A DNA stretch of 64,000 nt, from the NCBI GenBank assembly GCA_963676395.1, contig OY781066.1:1248001-1312000 (forward strand), given 5' to 3'. Below the pieces are notes generated by a model, which was not told the DNA's origin, ran no database searches, and worked only from the letters and a program-made list of their open reading frames with translations. Made by a program: the position numbers and the translations under genes. This document shows positions 55,706-64,000 of the stretch, piece by piece (within the stretch, counting starts at the first letter, position 1; the number at the start of each line of letters is the position of its first letter). This DNA comes from a bacterium (GTDB taxonomy: Bacteria; Fidelibacterota; Fidelibacteria; Fidelibacterales; Fidelibacteraceae).

Positions 55706-57694
55706 ATGTCAAAAATAACCGCTGATACAATACGCCTTTTAGCGGCTGATATGGTACAAAAAGCTAATTCCGGACATCCCGGCTTACCTATGGGCATGGC
55801 TGATGTCGCAACAGTGCTTTGGACTGAATTTCTAAAGTATAATCCCCAAGATCCCACTTGGCCTGCACGTGATCGTTTTGTAATGTCTGGAGGACACGGC
55901 TCGTCTTTACTGTACGCTGTTCTTCATTTGGCGGGTTATGATTATTCTATGGAAGATCTTAAAGAATTCAGACAATGGGGGTCTAAAACTCCGGGTCATC
56001 CGGAAAACCATTTGCCGGGAATAGAAACAACCACTGGTCCCTTAGGCCAAGGTTTTACCAATGCGGTTGGATTGGCCATGGCTGCCGAGATCGCTGCTGA
56101 GCAATGGAATGATGACGACAATAAATTATTTGGCCAAAACTATACCTATACTTTTTGTGGTGATGGTGATATGATGGAAGGCATCAGTCATGAGGCTGCA
56201 TCCTTGGCGGGTCATCTTGCATTATCAAAACTTATTTGTGTATATGATAGCAATAAAATAACCATTGATGGGGCAACTGATTTGGCTTTTACCGAAGATG
56301 TAGGCATGCGTTTTAAAGCCTATGGCTGGCATGTGCAAGAAATTGATGGTCACGATCACGCCGAAATATCTTCTGCTTTCAAATCTGCACAACTGGAAGT
56401 CAATAAGCCATCATTGATCATTGCAAAAACAAAGATCGGTTTTGGTAGTCCAAATAAAGAGGGTACAAGTGGTGTTCATGGCGCTCCCTTGGGTGAAGAA
56501 GAATTAAAGCTAACGCGTGAGGCATTGGGATTCCCCATTGATAAAAGCTTTTATATCCAAGATGTAGTTAAGGAAGAGTTCGCTCGTTATCGTAAAGAGC
56601 TCGATAAAGAATATGTAGTCTGGCAAGAAAAGTTTGAAGCATGGAAGATAAGTTCTCCTGAAAAGTTTAAACAATATGACGGACAAATTAATAAAAATCT
56701 GCCTGGTGATTTAGCTGAAGAAATTTTTACAAGTTTAAGTGGAAAAGATAGCGCGACACGCGCACATTCAGGAAATGTTATTCAGGTTGTGGCTGGAAAA
56801 GTTAGCGGATTATTTGGTGGTTCTGCAGACTTAGGGGCTTCCGATAAAACGACTATTAAGGGTGGCGGTTCAGTCATGAAAGCGGCTTTTTCGGGAAAAA
56901 ATATTCATTATGGTATTCGCGAGTTTGCTATGTCGGCCATAATGAATGGTTTAGCACTTTATGGCAATGGAATCATCCCCTTTGCAGGTACTTTTCTTGT
57001 TTTTTCTGATTACATGCGATCGGGCATTCGCATGGCGGCACTTATGAAACAACAGGTAATTTTCGTGTTTACGCACGATAGTATTTTTGTAGGTGAAGAT
57101 GGTCCCACACATCAGCCCATCGAACAGATCATGTCATTACGTCTTGTCCCGGGTTTGCAGGTTATACGCCCCGCGGATGAAACGGAAACCGCGGAGGCCT
57201 GGTTATCTGCTTTGGAATATAAGGATGGCCCTACTGCGCTAATCCTCACCAGACAGAATTTGCCGAATATTCATGATAAGGGAATAAGAATAACTGACTT
57301 TAACAAGGGCGCCTTTATCGTAAAGGAATGCACAGATCCAGATGCAGTTATTTTTGCTTCCGGTTCTGAGGTTGGCATTTCGGTGGAAGCCGCAGAAAAG
57401 CTGTCAAAAGAAGGTATAAATCTACGTGTGGTTTCTGTCCCTTGTTTAGAAAACTTTTTAAATCAGGAACAAAGTTATCAAGAAAAACTTATTCCTGTAA
57501 ATATACCTCTTGTTACGGTTGAAGCAGGACGAACCACGGGCTGGAGAAGTGTAAGGAGCGGTCCGGCTTTAAATATTGGTATTGATCATTTTGGTGCATC
57601 AGCACCTTATGAGCTGTTGGCAGAGAAATATGGATTTACGGCAGAAGCCGTTTATAATAAAATTAAGAGCTGGCTACCTGACATTAAGGCGTAA
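55706..57694 (+). CDS. tkt: Transketolase
   Basis: SGHPGLPMG, TPGHPE, GPLGQG, GDGDMMEG, GEDGPTHQP. Confidence 0.97.
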   Translation: MSKITADTIRLLAADMVQKANSGHPGLPMGMADVATVLWTEFLKYNPQDPTWPARDRFVMSGGHGSSLLYAVLHLAGYDYSMEDLKEFRQWGSKTPGHPENHLPGIETTTGPLGQGFTNAVGLAMAAEIAAEQWNDDDNKLFGQNYTYTFCGDGDMMEGISHEAASLAGHLALSKLICVYDSNKITIDGATDLAFTEDVGMRFKAYGWHVQEIDGHDHAEISSAFKSAQLEVNKPSLIIAKTKIGFGSPNKEGTSGVHGAPLGEEELKLTREALGFPIDKSFYIQDVVKEEFARYRKELDKEYVVWQEKFEAWKISSPEKFKQYDGQINKNLPGDLAEEIFTSLSGKDSATRAHSGNVIQVVAGKVSGLFGGSADLGASDKTTIKGGGSVMKAAFSGKNIHYGIREFAMSAIMNGLALYGNGIIPFAGTFLVFSDYMRSGIRMAALMKQQVIFVFTHDSIFVGEDGPTHQPIEQIMSLRLVPGLQVIRPADETETAEAWLSALEYKDGPTALILTRQNLPNIHDKGIRITDFNKGAFIVKECTDPDAVIFASGSEVGISVEAAEKLSKEGINLRVVSVPCLENFLNQEQSYQEKLIPVNIPLVTVEAGRTTGWRSVRSGPALNIGIDHFGASAPYELLAEKYGFTAEAVYNKIKSWLPDIKA

Positions 57695-57749
57695 AAAGTT
57701 TAGAAAAAATAATGTTTTCTTAGGCTAAGATATTATATTTATAAGCTTT

Positions 57750-57823
57750 GCCACCTTAGCTCAGTCGGTAGTAGCGACGCTTTCGTAAAGCGTAGGTCGG
57801 CGGTTCGAATCCGCCAGGTGGCT
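57750..57823 (+). tRNA. tRNA-Thr(CGT)
   Basis: GCCACCT/AGGTGGC acceptor stem, ACGCT-TTCGTAA-AGCGT anticodon arm, GGTTCGAATCC. Confidence 0.94.
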
Positions 57824-57845
57824 CTAGAAATTGTAAGGACTAGTT

Positions 57846-58868
57846 ATGGCAAAAAACAAGAACAATATGTTTAAATGGTTAAACAGTGATATCGCCATTG
57901 ACCTTGGAACAGCGAATACGCTCATTCATATGAAAGGTCAGGGCATTGTAATAAATGAACCCTCAATTGTTTCGAAATCTACAAAGACCGGTAAGATCAT
58001 TGCCGTTGGTAATGAGGCCCGTGATATGCTGGGACGTACTCATCCCAATATCACAACTATCCGCCCCATGAAAGATGGTGTGATTGCCGATTTTGAAATG
58101 ACCGATGGTATGTTGCAGGGTTTTATCAAAAAGATTAACTTATCGCGTTTTGCGCGTCCTAAAATGGTTATTTGCGTTCCTTCCGGTATTACCGAAGTGG
58201 AAAAGCGTGCTGTTCAAGAGTCAGCTGAGAGATCTAATGCATCCAGAGTTCATTTGATCGAAGAGCCGGTAGCGGCAGCTTTGGGTATTGGTCTTGATAT
58301 TTCAAAACCTATTGGTAATATGATCGTTGATATTGGTGGTGGTACAACTGAGATTGCGGTTCTTGCTTTAAATGGTGTCGTAGCAAAAGAATCTATTCGC
58401 GTTGCCGGAGATGAATTGAATAATGCTATTGTTCATTATTTTAGAGCTAAGCACAATTTACTTATTGGTGAACGTACCGCTGAAGAGATAAAGAAGGCTG
58501 TTGGGTCGGCAATTCCAGTCGAAGAAAAGATCATTGCTGTAAAAGGTAGAAATCTATTAACAGGTATACCCAGAACGGTTGAAGTAGATGCAAATGATGT
58601 ATCAAACTGTCTGCAGAAAACTATCGAAATGATGATTGCTGCAATCAAGCGGACCTTAGAGCATACACCTCCCGAATTGTCTGCAGATATTTTGGATCGT
58701 GGTGTGATTCTTACAGGCGGTGGTTCAATGCTGCATGGTTTGGATGAGCGAATTCGCAGAGAAACGAATCTTCCGGTAAGTATTGCAGATGAACCTTTGC
58801 TTTCTGTCGCAAAAGGAACCGGAAAAGTTCTGGAAAATATCGAAAATTATCTTGATATTTTATTATAA
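57846..58868 (+). CDS. mreB: Rod shape-determining actin homologue MreB
   Basis: IDLGTANT, DGVIADF, DIGGGTT, LTGGG. Confidence 0.97.
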   Translation: MAKNKNNMFKWLNSDIAIDLGTANTLIHMKGQGIVINEPSIVSKSTKTGKIIAVGNEARDMLGRTHPNITTIRPMKDGVIADFEMTDGMLQGFIKKINLSRFARPKMVICVPSGITEVEKRAVQESAERSNASRVHLIEEPVAAALGIGLDISKPIGNMIVDIGGGTTEIAVLALNGVVAKESIRVAGDELNNAIVHYFRAKHNLLIGERTAEEIKKAVGSAIPVEEKIIAVKGRNLLTGIPRTVEVDANDVSNCLQKTIEMMIAAIKRTLEHTPPELSADILDRGVILTGGGSMLHGLDERIRRETNLPVSIADEPLLSVAKGTGKVLENIENYLDILL

Positions 58869-59663
58869 ATGCTCACAAAACTTTATGACTTTATTATTCG
58901 AAAACACCTTGAGATATTAACATTTATCTTTGTTTTAATATCTTTGGTTTTGCTATCGCAAACGGAAAATAATGTTGTTTTACAAGTCCAAAATACTTGG
59001 CAAGACATGACTGTAGTATTTCAAAAACCTGCGGTTGAACGTCAACGTAAAGAACGATTGGTTGATGAAAACAGTCAGTTACGTATGGATATTTTTCGGT
59101 TGAATCAAGAGGTGGCAAGACTACAGAATCTTAACAGCGAAAATACCAGATTACGTGAGATGTTAGGATTTAAAGATACGGTAAGTTATGAGCTTTTACC
59201 TACATTGATCGTATATAAGGGATATATGGACGGTAATTCTGTTGTTACTATCGATAAAGGTAAAAAAAGTGATGTGCAGGCAAATGATATAATTATAGAC
59301 AAAGAAGGCTTGGTGGGCAAAGTGCTATCCTCAGCGGCCGGAACAAGTCTTGCCAGTATGATCATCGAGCCGGATATCAGGGTGTCGGTTAGAATAAATC
59401 CTTCTCGTGTTTATGGTATACTTCGTTGGCATCATGGTAATACTTTTGTTATTGACGATATTCCTTCAACGATAGATATTCAACCCGGTTGGAGTGTGAC
59501 AACTTCGGGGTTGTCCGAAATTTATCCTCCCGATATTCCCGTGGGCGTTATTACAAAGGTATTGACATCCGAAAATGGTTTTACACATTACATCGAAGGT
59601 ACTTATAATGTATCTTTTAGCAACCTCAGAGAGGTATTTGTATTAAAAAATGATAGAAAGTAA
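58869..59663 (+). CDS. mreC: Rod shape-determining protein MreC
   Basis: TM, coiled coil ENTRLREML, IDKG, GLVGKV, TSGLSEIYP. Confidence 0.93.
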   Translation: MLTKLYDFIIRKHLEILTFIFVLISLVLLSQTENNVVLQVQNTWQDMTVVFQKPAVERQRKERLVDENSQLRMDIFRLNQEVARLQNLNSENTRLREMLGFKDTVSYELLPTLIVYKGYMDGNSVVTIDKGKKSDVQANDIIIDKEGLVGKVLSSAAGTSLASMIIEPDIRVSVRINPSRVYGILRWHHGNTFVIDDIPSTIDIQPGWSVTTSGLSEIYPPDIPVGVITKVLTSENGFTHYIEGTYNVSFSNLREVFVLKNDRK

Positions 59664-60150
59664 AGCAAAATCTTCGTGGATATTATATTTAGTCATGGCA
59701 GCGCTGTTTTTCTTGTCCGTTGTTTTTAATGAGTATGTTGATATAGCAGGTATTCGTCCTGATATTTTATTGATTATGTTGATCTTTTTATCCATAAGAG
59801 AAAAAGCTGTTATTGCCATTTGCTGTGCCTTTGCTTTTGGTTTATTGCAAGATATGATATTGCCCGGAAATGTTCAATACTGGGGTTTAGCGCCATTATT
59901 TAAGACATTGCTGATATTTGCCTTTTTAAAATTATTTCCATTGATTTCCAGACTAAGAGGTTTTTCTTTTCAGTTAGTAATTCTTGCTTCATTTTTACTT
60001 TATTTTATTTTTTATACCATGTTTTATTATTCCGGTTTTATGAATTCTTTTGCCATATTTTATCGTTATGCACTTCCTGCCTCAATGTATACTTTTGTGA
60101 TTTATCTTCTGCTAAATATGATCTTTCCTCAGTCTGATCAGGCGAGGTGA
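59650..60150 (+). CDS. mreD: Rod shape-determining protein MreD
   Basis: Hydrophobic, PDILLI and GLLQD motifs; located between mreC and mrdA. Confidence 0.85.
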   Translation: MIESKAKSSWILYLVMAALFFLSVVFNEYVDIAGIRPDILLIMLIFLSIREKAVIAICCAFAFGLLQDMILPGNVQYWGLAPLFKTLLIFAFLKLFPLISRLRGFSFQLVILASFLLYFIFYTMFYYSGFMNSFAIFYRYALPASMYTFVIYLLLNMIFPQSDQAR

Positions 60151-60152
60151 TC

Positions 60153-61925
60153 ATGTATAATGAAGTTAAAAACAGAATGAAAAGACATCGAGTGATTGCG
60201 CTTCTTGCCTTAGCTTTATTAATGTTTTTAATTTTAATCGTGCGTTTTTATTCCCTTCAAATCGTTAACTATTCATTATATCGTTCCGAAGCAGTAGGTA
60301 ATATGCTAAACCGAATGGATATTGCCGCCCCCAGAGGAATTGTCTATGACAGAAATGGCAAAAAGCTGATATATAATGTACCTTGTTATAATATTGTTGT
60401 TTACCCTGATATTATCAAACAGCATCCTGAAACTTGGCAGAAGATCTCTGATATTACCTCTGTTCCTATAGAAACATTGCAAAAAGAAATGAAACGGAAT
60501 CAATATGGTTCATATCGCCCGGCAGTTATTTTAAGGAATATTGATCAACGTACTAATGCTGTTATTAACGAATGTATTCAAAATTTACCCGGGGCCGATG
60601 TTTCTTTTGATCCCATTCGGGAATATACCGATGAAATTTTAAGTGGAAATCTTCTCGGCTATACAGCCGAAATTAGAGGTCGTGATCTTTACCGCTATCG
60701 TGATGAGGGTTATAAACTAGGCGATATTATTGGATATGATGGGATTGAAAAACAATATGAAAGTGAACTCCGAGGTACAAAGGGTTATAGATATAAACAG
60801 GTAAATGCTAGCGGAAAACCTCTTAGTGATAAAGCATACGAACAAATCAATCCAATTCCCGGCAATGCGCTTTATCTTACTGTAGACCAAGAATTGCAGG
60901 CATATGCCGAATCACTTTTAGTTGATTATAATGGTGCGGCCATTATGATGAATTATGAAAATGGGGAGATCATTACTTCGGTAACGGCGCCTTCATATGA
61001 TCCGGAATTGTTTGCAAGAGGTCTGACTCAAACGCAGTGGGATTCGATTGTTCAAGATAAACGTATCCCTTTGTTTAATAGAACTATCAGGGGACAATAT
61101 CCTCCTGGTTCAATTTATAAAATGATCGCCGCAATAGCAGGCTTGGAAAAGAAAGTGATCGACCCAAATGTTGAATTTGAGTGTACCGGGGTTTTCGATA
61201 TGGGTGGGCGTGAGTTTAAATGCTCCCATGTTCATGGGATGGAGAATTTAGATGATGCACTTGCGCATTCTTGCAATATATATTTTTATAATATGATTTT
61301 GGAATTGGGAATCGATGATTGGAGTGCTTACGCAAAAGAAATGACCATGGGGCAATTGACCGGCGTTGATCTTCCGGGTGAGCTTAACGGTATATGTCCC
61401 GATCGTGCTTTCCTTGATTCTCGTTATGGTCGCAGAAAGTGGTGGCAGGGTATGTGGCTGAATATGGTGATCGGTCAAGGTGATGTGCTGATGACTCCCA
61501 TGCAGGCAGTTCGATATACCGCTATTCTTGCGACAAGGGGAAAGATTGTTCAGCCGCATTTTTTAGGTCGTATTTATAACGTTCAGGAAGCCGAGAGTCA
61601 AAAAGTAGAATATCCGGTTACACATACACGTCATATTTCCTCATCTACATGGGAAGAGATCGAAACAGGTATGTATCACGCTGTCCAAAGTTCCTGGGGT
61701 ACCGGCATTACCGCAAATGTGCCGGGTTTAAATATGTATGGTAAAACAGGAACTGCTCAGAATCCACATGGTGAACCGCATGCGTGGTTTATCGGTTACA
61801 CAAAATTAAAAGATTTTCCCTGCGCGGTGGTTGTATTTGTAGAGCACGGTCTTGCCGGTTCGGATATCGCTGCACCCATAGCAGGTAAGCTGTTAAAAGC
61901 ATATTACTATATGAGGAAAGAATGA
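60153..61925 (+). CDS. mrdA: Penicillin-binding protein 2
   Basis: APRG..YDRNG; SIYK (SxxK), SCN and KTG motifs. Confidence 0.94.
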   Translation: MYNEVKNRMKRHRVIALLALALLMFLILIVRFYSLQIVNYSLYRSEAVGNMLNRMDIAAPRGIVYDRNGKKLIYNVPCYNIVVYPDIIKQHPETWQKISDITSVPIETLQKEMKRNQYGSYRPAVILRNIDQRTNAVINECIQNLPGADVSFDPIREYTDEILSGNLLGYTAEIRGRDLYRYRDEGYKLGDIIGYDGIEKQYESELRGTKGYRYKQVNASGKPLSDKAYEQINPIPGNALYLTVDQELQAYAESLLVDYNGAAIMMNYENGEIITSVTAPSYDPELFARGLTQTQWDSIVQDKRIPLFNRTIRGQYPPGSIYKMIAAIAGLEKKVIDPNVEFECTGVFDMGGREFKCSHVHGMENLDDALAHSCNIYFYNMILELGIDDWSAYAKEMTMGQLTGVDLPGELNGICPDRAFLDSRYGRRKWWQGMWLNMVIGQGDVLMTPMQAVRYTAILATRGKIVQPHFLGRIYNVQEAESQKVEYPVTHTRHISSSTWEEIETGMYHAVQSSWGTGITANVPGLNMYGKTGTAQNPHGEPHAWFIGYTKLKDFPCAVVVFVEHGLAGSDIAAPIAGKLLKAYYYMRKE

Positions 61926-63148
61926 GATTTAGAGATTTTTTTAAATTTAAGTTTAATCAAATTGATGCTGCATCATTTTTACTTGTGTTACTTTTGACGG
62001 GAGTGGGATTGGTTGCGATCTATTCAGCAACATCTTTTGTAGGGACGGAAGCCAATATGCAGTATTTCTGGAAACAGATGCTGGGTATTTTTGGCGGCTT
62101 GAGTATGTTTGTTATGCTGTATTCGGTTCGAAAGAGTTTTTTACTTTCCTATGCTGAAGTAATTTTCATGGTTGGTATAGGTTTGATTATTATTCCCTAT
62201 ATCCTATCTATGGTTAGTGCCGGAACAAACCGGTGGATCAATTTAGGTGCTTTTCAAATACAGCCCTCTGAATATATGAAGTTTATTCTCATCACCATGC
62301 TGGCAAAGGTGTTCAGTGAATCAAGACGATCACCGCTTGAACCCGGATATGTGCTTTACCCTTTGGGTATACTCGCTATTCCCGCTGCATTGGTATTTGC
62401 GCAACCAGACCTTGGTACCACCTTGATCTATATTGCTGTTTTTGTTGCTATGCTATTTGCCAGTGGTTATAAAATGTACTACATATTTATGATTGCAGCG
62501 CCATTGATTACGGTGCTTGCGGCTTTTAATAGCTGGGTGTTTTTGGTTTGGGGGATCATCGTTGCTGTTGTGATCTTCTTAAATAATAAAAATATCATAT
62601 TTTCAGTGGGAATGTTTTTGTTTAATATTCTTATCGGTGTTTTAACACCCTATTTTTGGAATGCCATTAAACCGTATCAGCAACAGCGTATATTGACCAT
62701 GCTTAACCCGCAATTAGATCCTATGGGCGCCGGATATCAGGTGATCCAATCTCAAATAGCTATCGGATCCGGTGGCTTTCATGGGAAAGGATTTTTGCAG
62801 GGAACACAGGCTCACCTCAACTTTTTACCCGAACAGCATACGGATTTTATTTTTTCCGTGATATCTGAAGAATTTGGCTTTATTGGTATTACACTGATTC
62901 TTTGTGTTTATTGTTTTCTTGTATTGCGGTGGTACCGAATGGCAATAAATGCTAAAAGTACTTTCTCGGCCATGCTGATTATTGGTGGGACCACAGCACT
63001 TCTTGCTCATATTTTTATTAATGTCGGGATGACTGTTGGCATTCTCCCCGTGACCGGAAAACCGCTACCCTTTATTTCTTATGGGGGATCATTTTTAATG
63101 ACATCCTTTGGTTTAGTGGGATTGGTACTGAATGGAAATGCAGAGTAG
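61922..63148 (+). CDS. rodA: SEDS peptidoglycan glycosyltransferase RodA
   Basis: QPSE, QPDLGT, LPEQHTDFIF, LPFISYGGS. Confidence 0.95.
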   Translation: MRFRDFFKFKFNQIDAASFLLVLLLTGVGLVAIYSATSFVGTEANMQYFWKQMLGIFGGLSMFVMLYSVRKSFLLSYAEVIFMVGIGLIIIPYILSMVSAGTNRWINLGAFQIQPSEYMKFILITMLAKVFSESRRSPLEPGYVLYPLGILAIPAALVFAQPDLGTTLIYIAVFVAMLFASGYKMYYIFMIAAPLITVLAAFNSWVFLVWGIIVAVVIFLNNKNIIFSVGMFLFNILIGVLTPYFWNAIKPYQQQRILTMLNPQLDPMGAGYQVIQSQIAIGSGGFHGKGFLQGTQAHLNFLPEQHTDFIFSVISEEFGFIGITLILCVYCFLVLRWYRMAINAKSTFSAMLIIGGTTALLAHIFINVGMTVGILPVTGKPLPFISYGGSFLMTSFGLVGLVLNGNAE

Positions 63149-63301
63149 ATAAAGAGGCAAAGGGTGAGGAGTGGATAAGGGGTGAAACTCAAAATATTCA
63201 TTCTTGCGTAAAGTAAAACCATCTTATTTATTTTGTTATCCTTTTGAAAACTATCTTGTCTTAGCTCTTTATATTTCATCTTTACATCATTATATTACTC
63301 C

Positions 63302-63748
63302 ATGGAAAAGTTGATCATGAAAAATCGCAAAGCTTTTCATGACTATAGTATTCTCGAAAAGCTTGAAGCCGGTCTCGTGTTACAGGGCACCGAGGTAAAG
63401 GCTATTCGTGAAGGAAAAATTAACATTAAAGAAGCTTACTGTAATTTTGTTGATGGTGAGCTTTTTTTAATGCAGGCGCATATTTCGGCATACTCGCATA
63501 CCGGTTACGAAAATCATGATCCGGTAAGACCCCGAAAGTTACTTCTGCATTCGAAAGAATTGATCAAACTTCGTAAGAAACGCGATGAACAACACCTGAC
63601 GCTTGTGCCGCTGTCCTTGTACTGGTCCGGAAACCATATTAAGCTTGAGGTTGGACTGGCGAAAGGTAAAAAGAATTATGATAAACGACAGGATATTGCC
63701 AAGCGTGATAATCAGCGCAATATTGACCGTCAGATGAAACAGGGATAA
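63302..63748 (+). CDS. smpB: SsrA-binding protein SmpB
   Basis: NRKAFHDY, EAGLVLQGTEVK, RKLLLH, GKKNYDKR. Confidence 0.97.
   Translation: MEKLIMKNRKAFHDYSILEKLEAGLVLQGTEVKAIREGKINIKEAYCNFVDGELFLMQAHISAYSHTGYENHDPVRPRKLLLHSKELIKLRKKRDEQHLTLVPLSLYWSGNHIKLEVGLAKGKKNYDKRQDIAKRDNQRNIDRQMKQG

Positions 63749-64000
<252 letters not shown>

Noticed and set aside
57757..57776. tRNA-Thr pseudogene because of an imperfect D-stem
   Set aside because: The other arms pair fully and invariant bases are present; a 3-bp D-stem is tolerated.

Overview
AT-rich bacterial chromosomal window. I found no transposase, integrase, phage, rRNA or CRISPR features. Several secreted proteins carry T9SS-type C-terminal sorting domains and there is a PorV-family barrel, yet many genes have GGAG(G) Shine-Dalgarno sites. 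Together these suggest a non-Bacteroidota FCB-group organism (Marinimicrobia/Calditrichota/KSB1-like); this is an inference. 1-23 kb is mixed housekeeping and accessory content: Omp85 fragment, crcB, an isocitrate/isopropylmalate-family dehydrogenase, a di-flavodoxin protein with a probable ATT start, a DUF2089/SHOCT operon, a corrinoid/UroD-family pair, an M32 peptidase, rluF, glpK, metK under a SAM-I/IV riboswitch, and uppP-holA-ECF sigma-anti-sigma behind a terminator/antiterminator leader with c-di-GMP-I-like motifs. 23-38 kb is a glycosylation locus (TPR lipoprotein, two GT2, YfhO GT-C, four tailoring enzymes, flippase, two GT4). 38.4-54.8 kb is the most interesting block: an Lrp-headed cluster of a TonB-dependent receptor, a large partner with an atypical sorting tail, a dedicated PorV-like barrel, two non-catalytic T9SS cargo proteins and a T9SS subtilase, with no SusD. 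55-64 kb holds tRNA-Val, tkt, tRNA-Thr, mreBCD-mrdA-rodA, smpB and the start of tyrS. All calls come from motif recognition by eye; no database searches were run.
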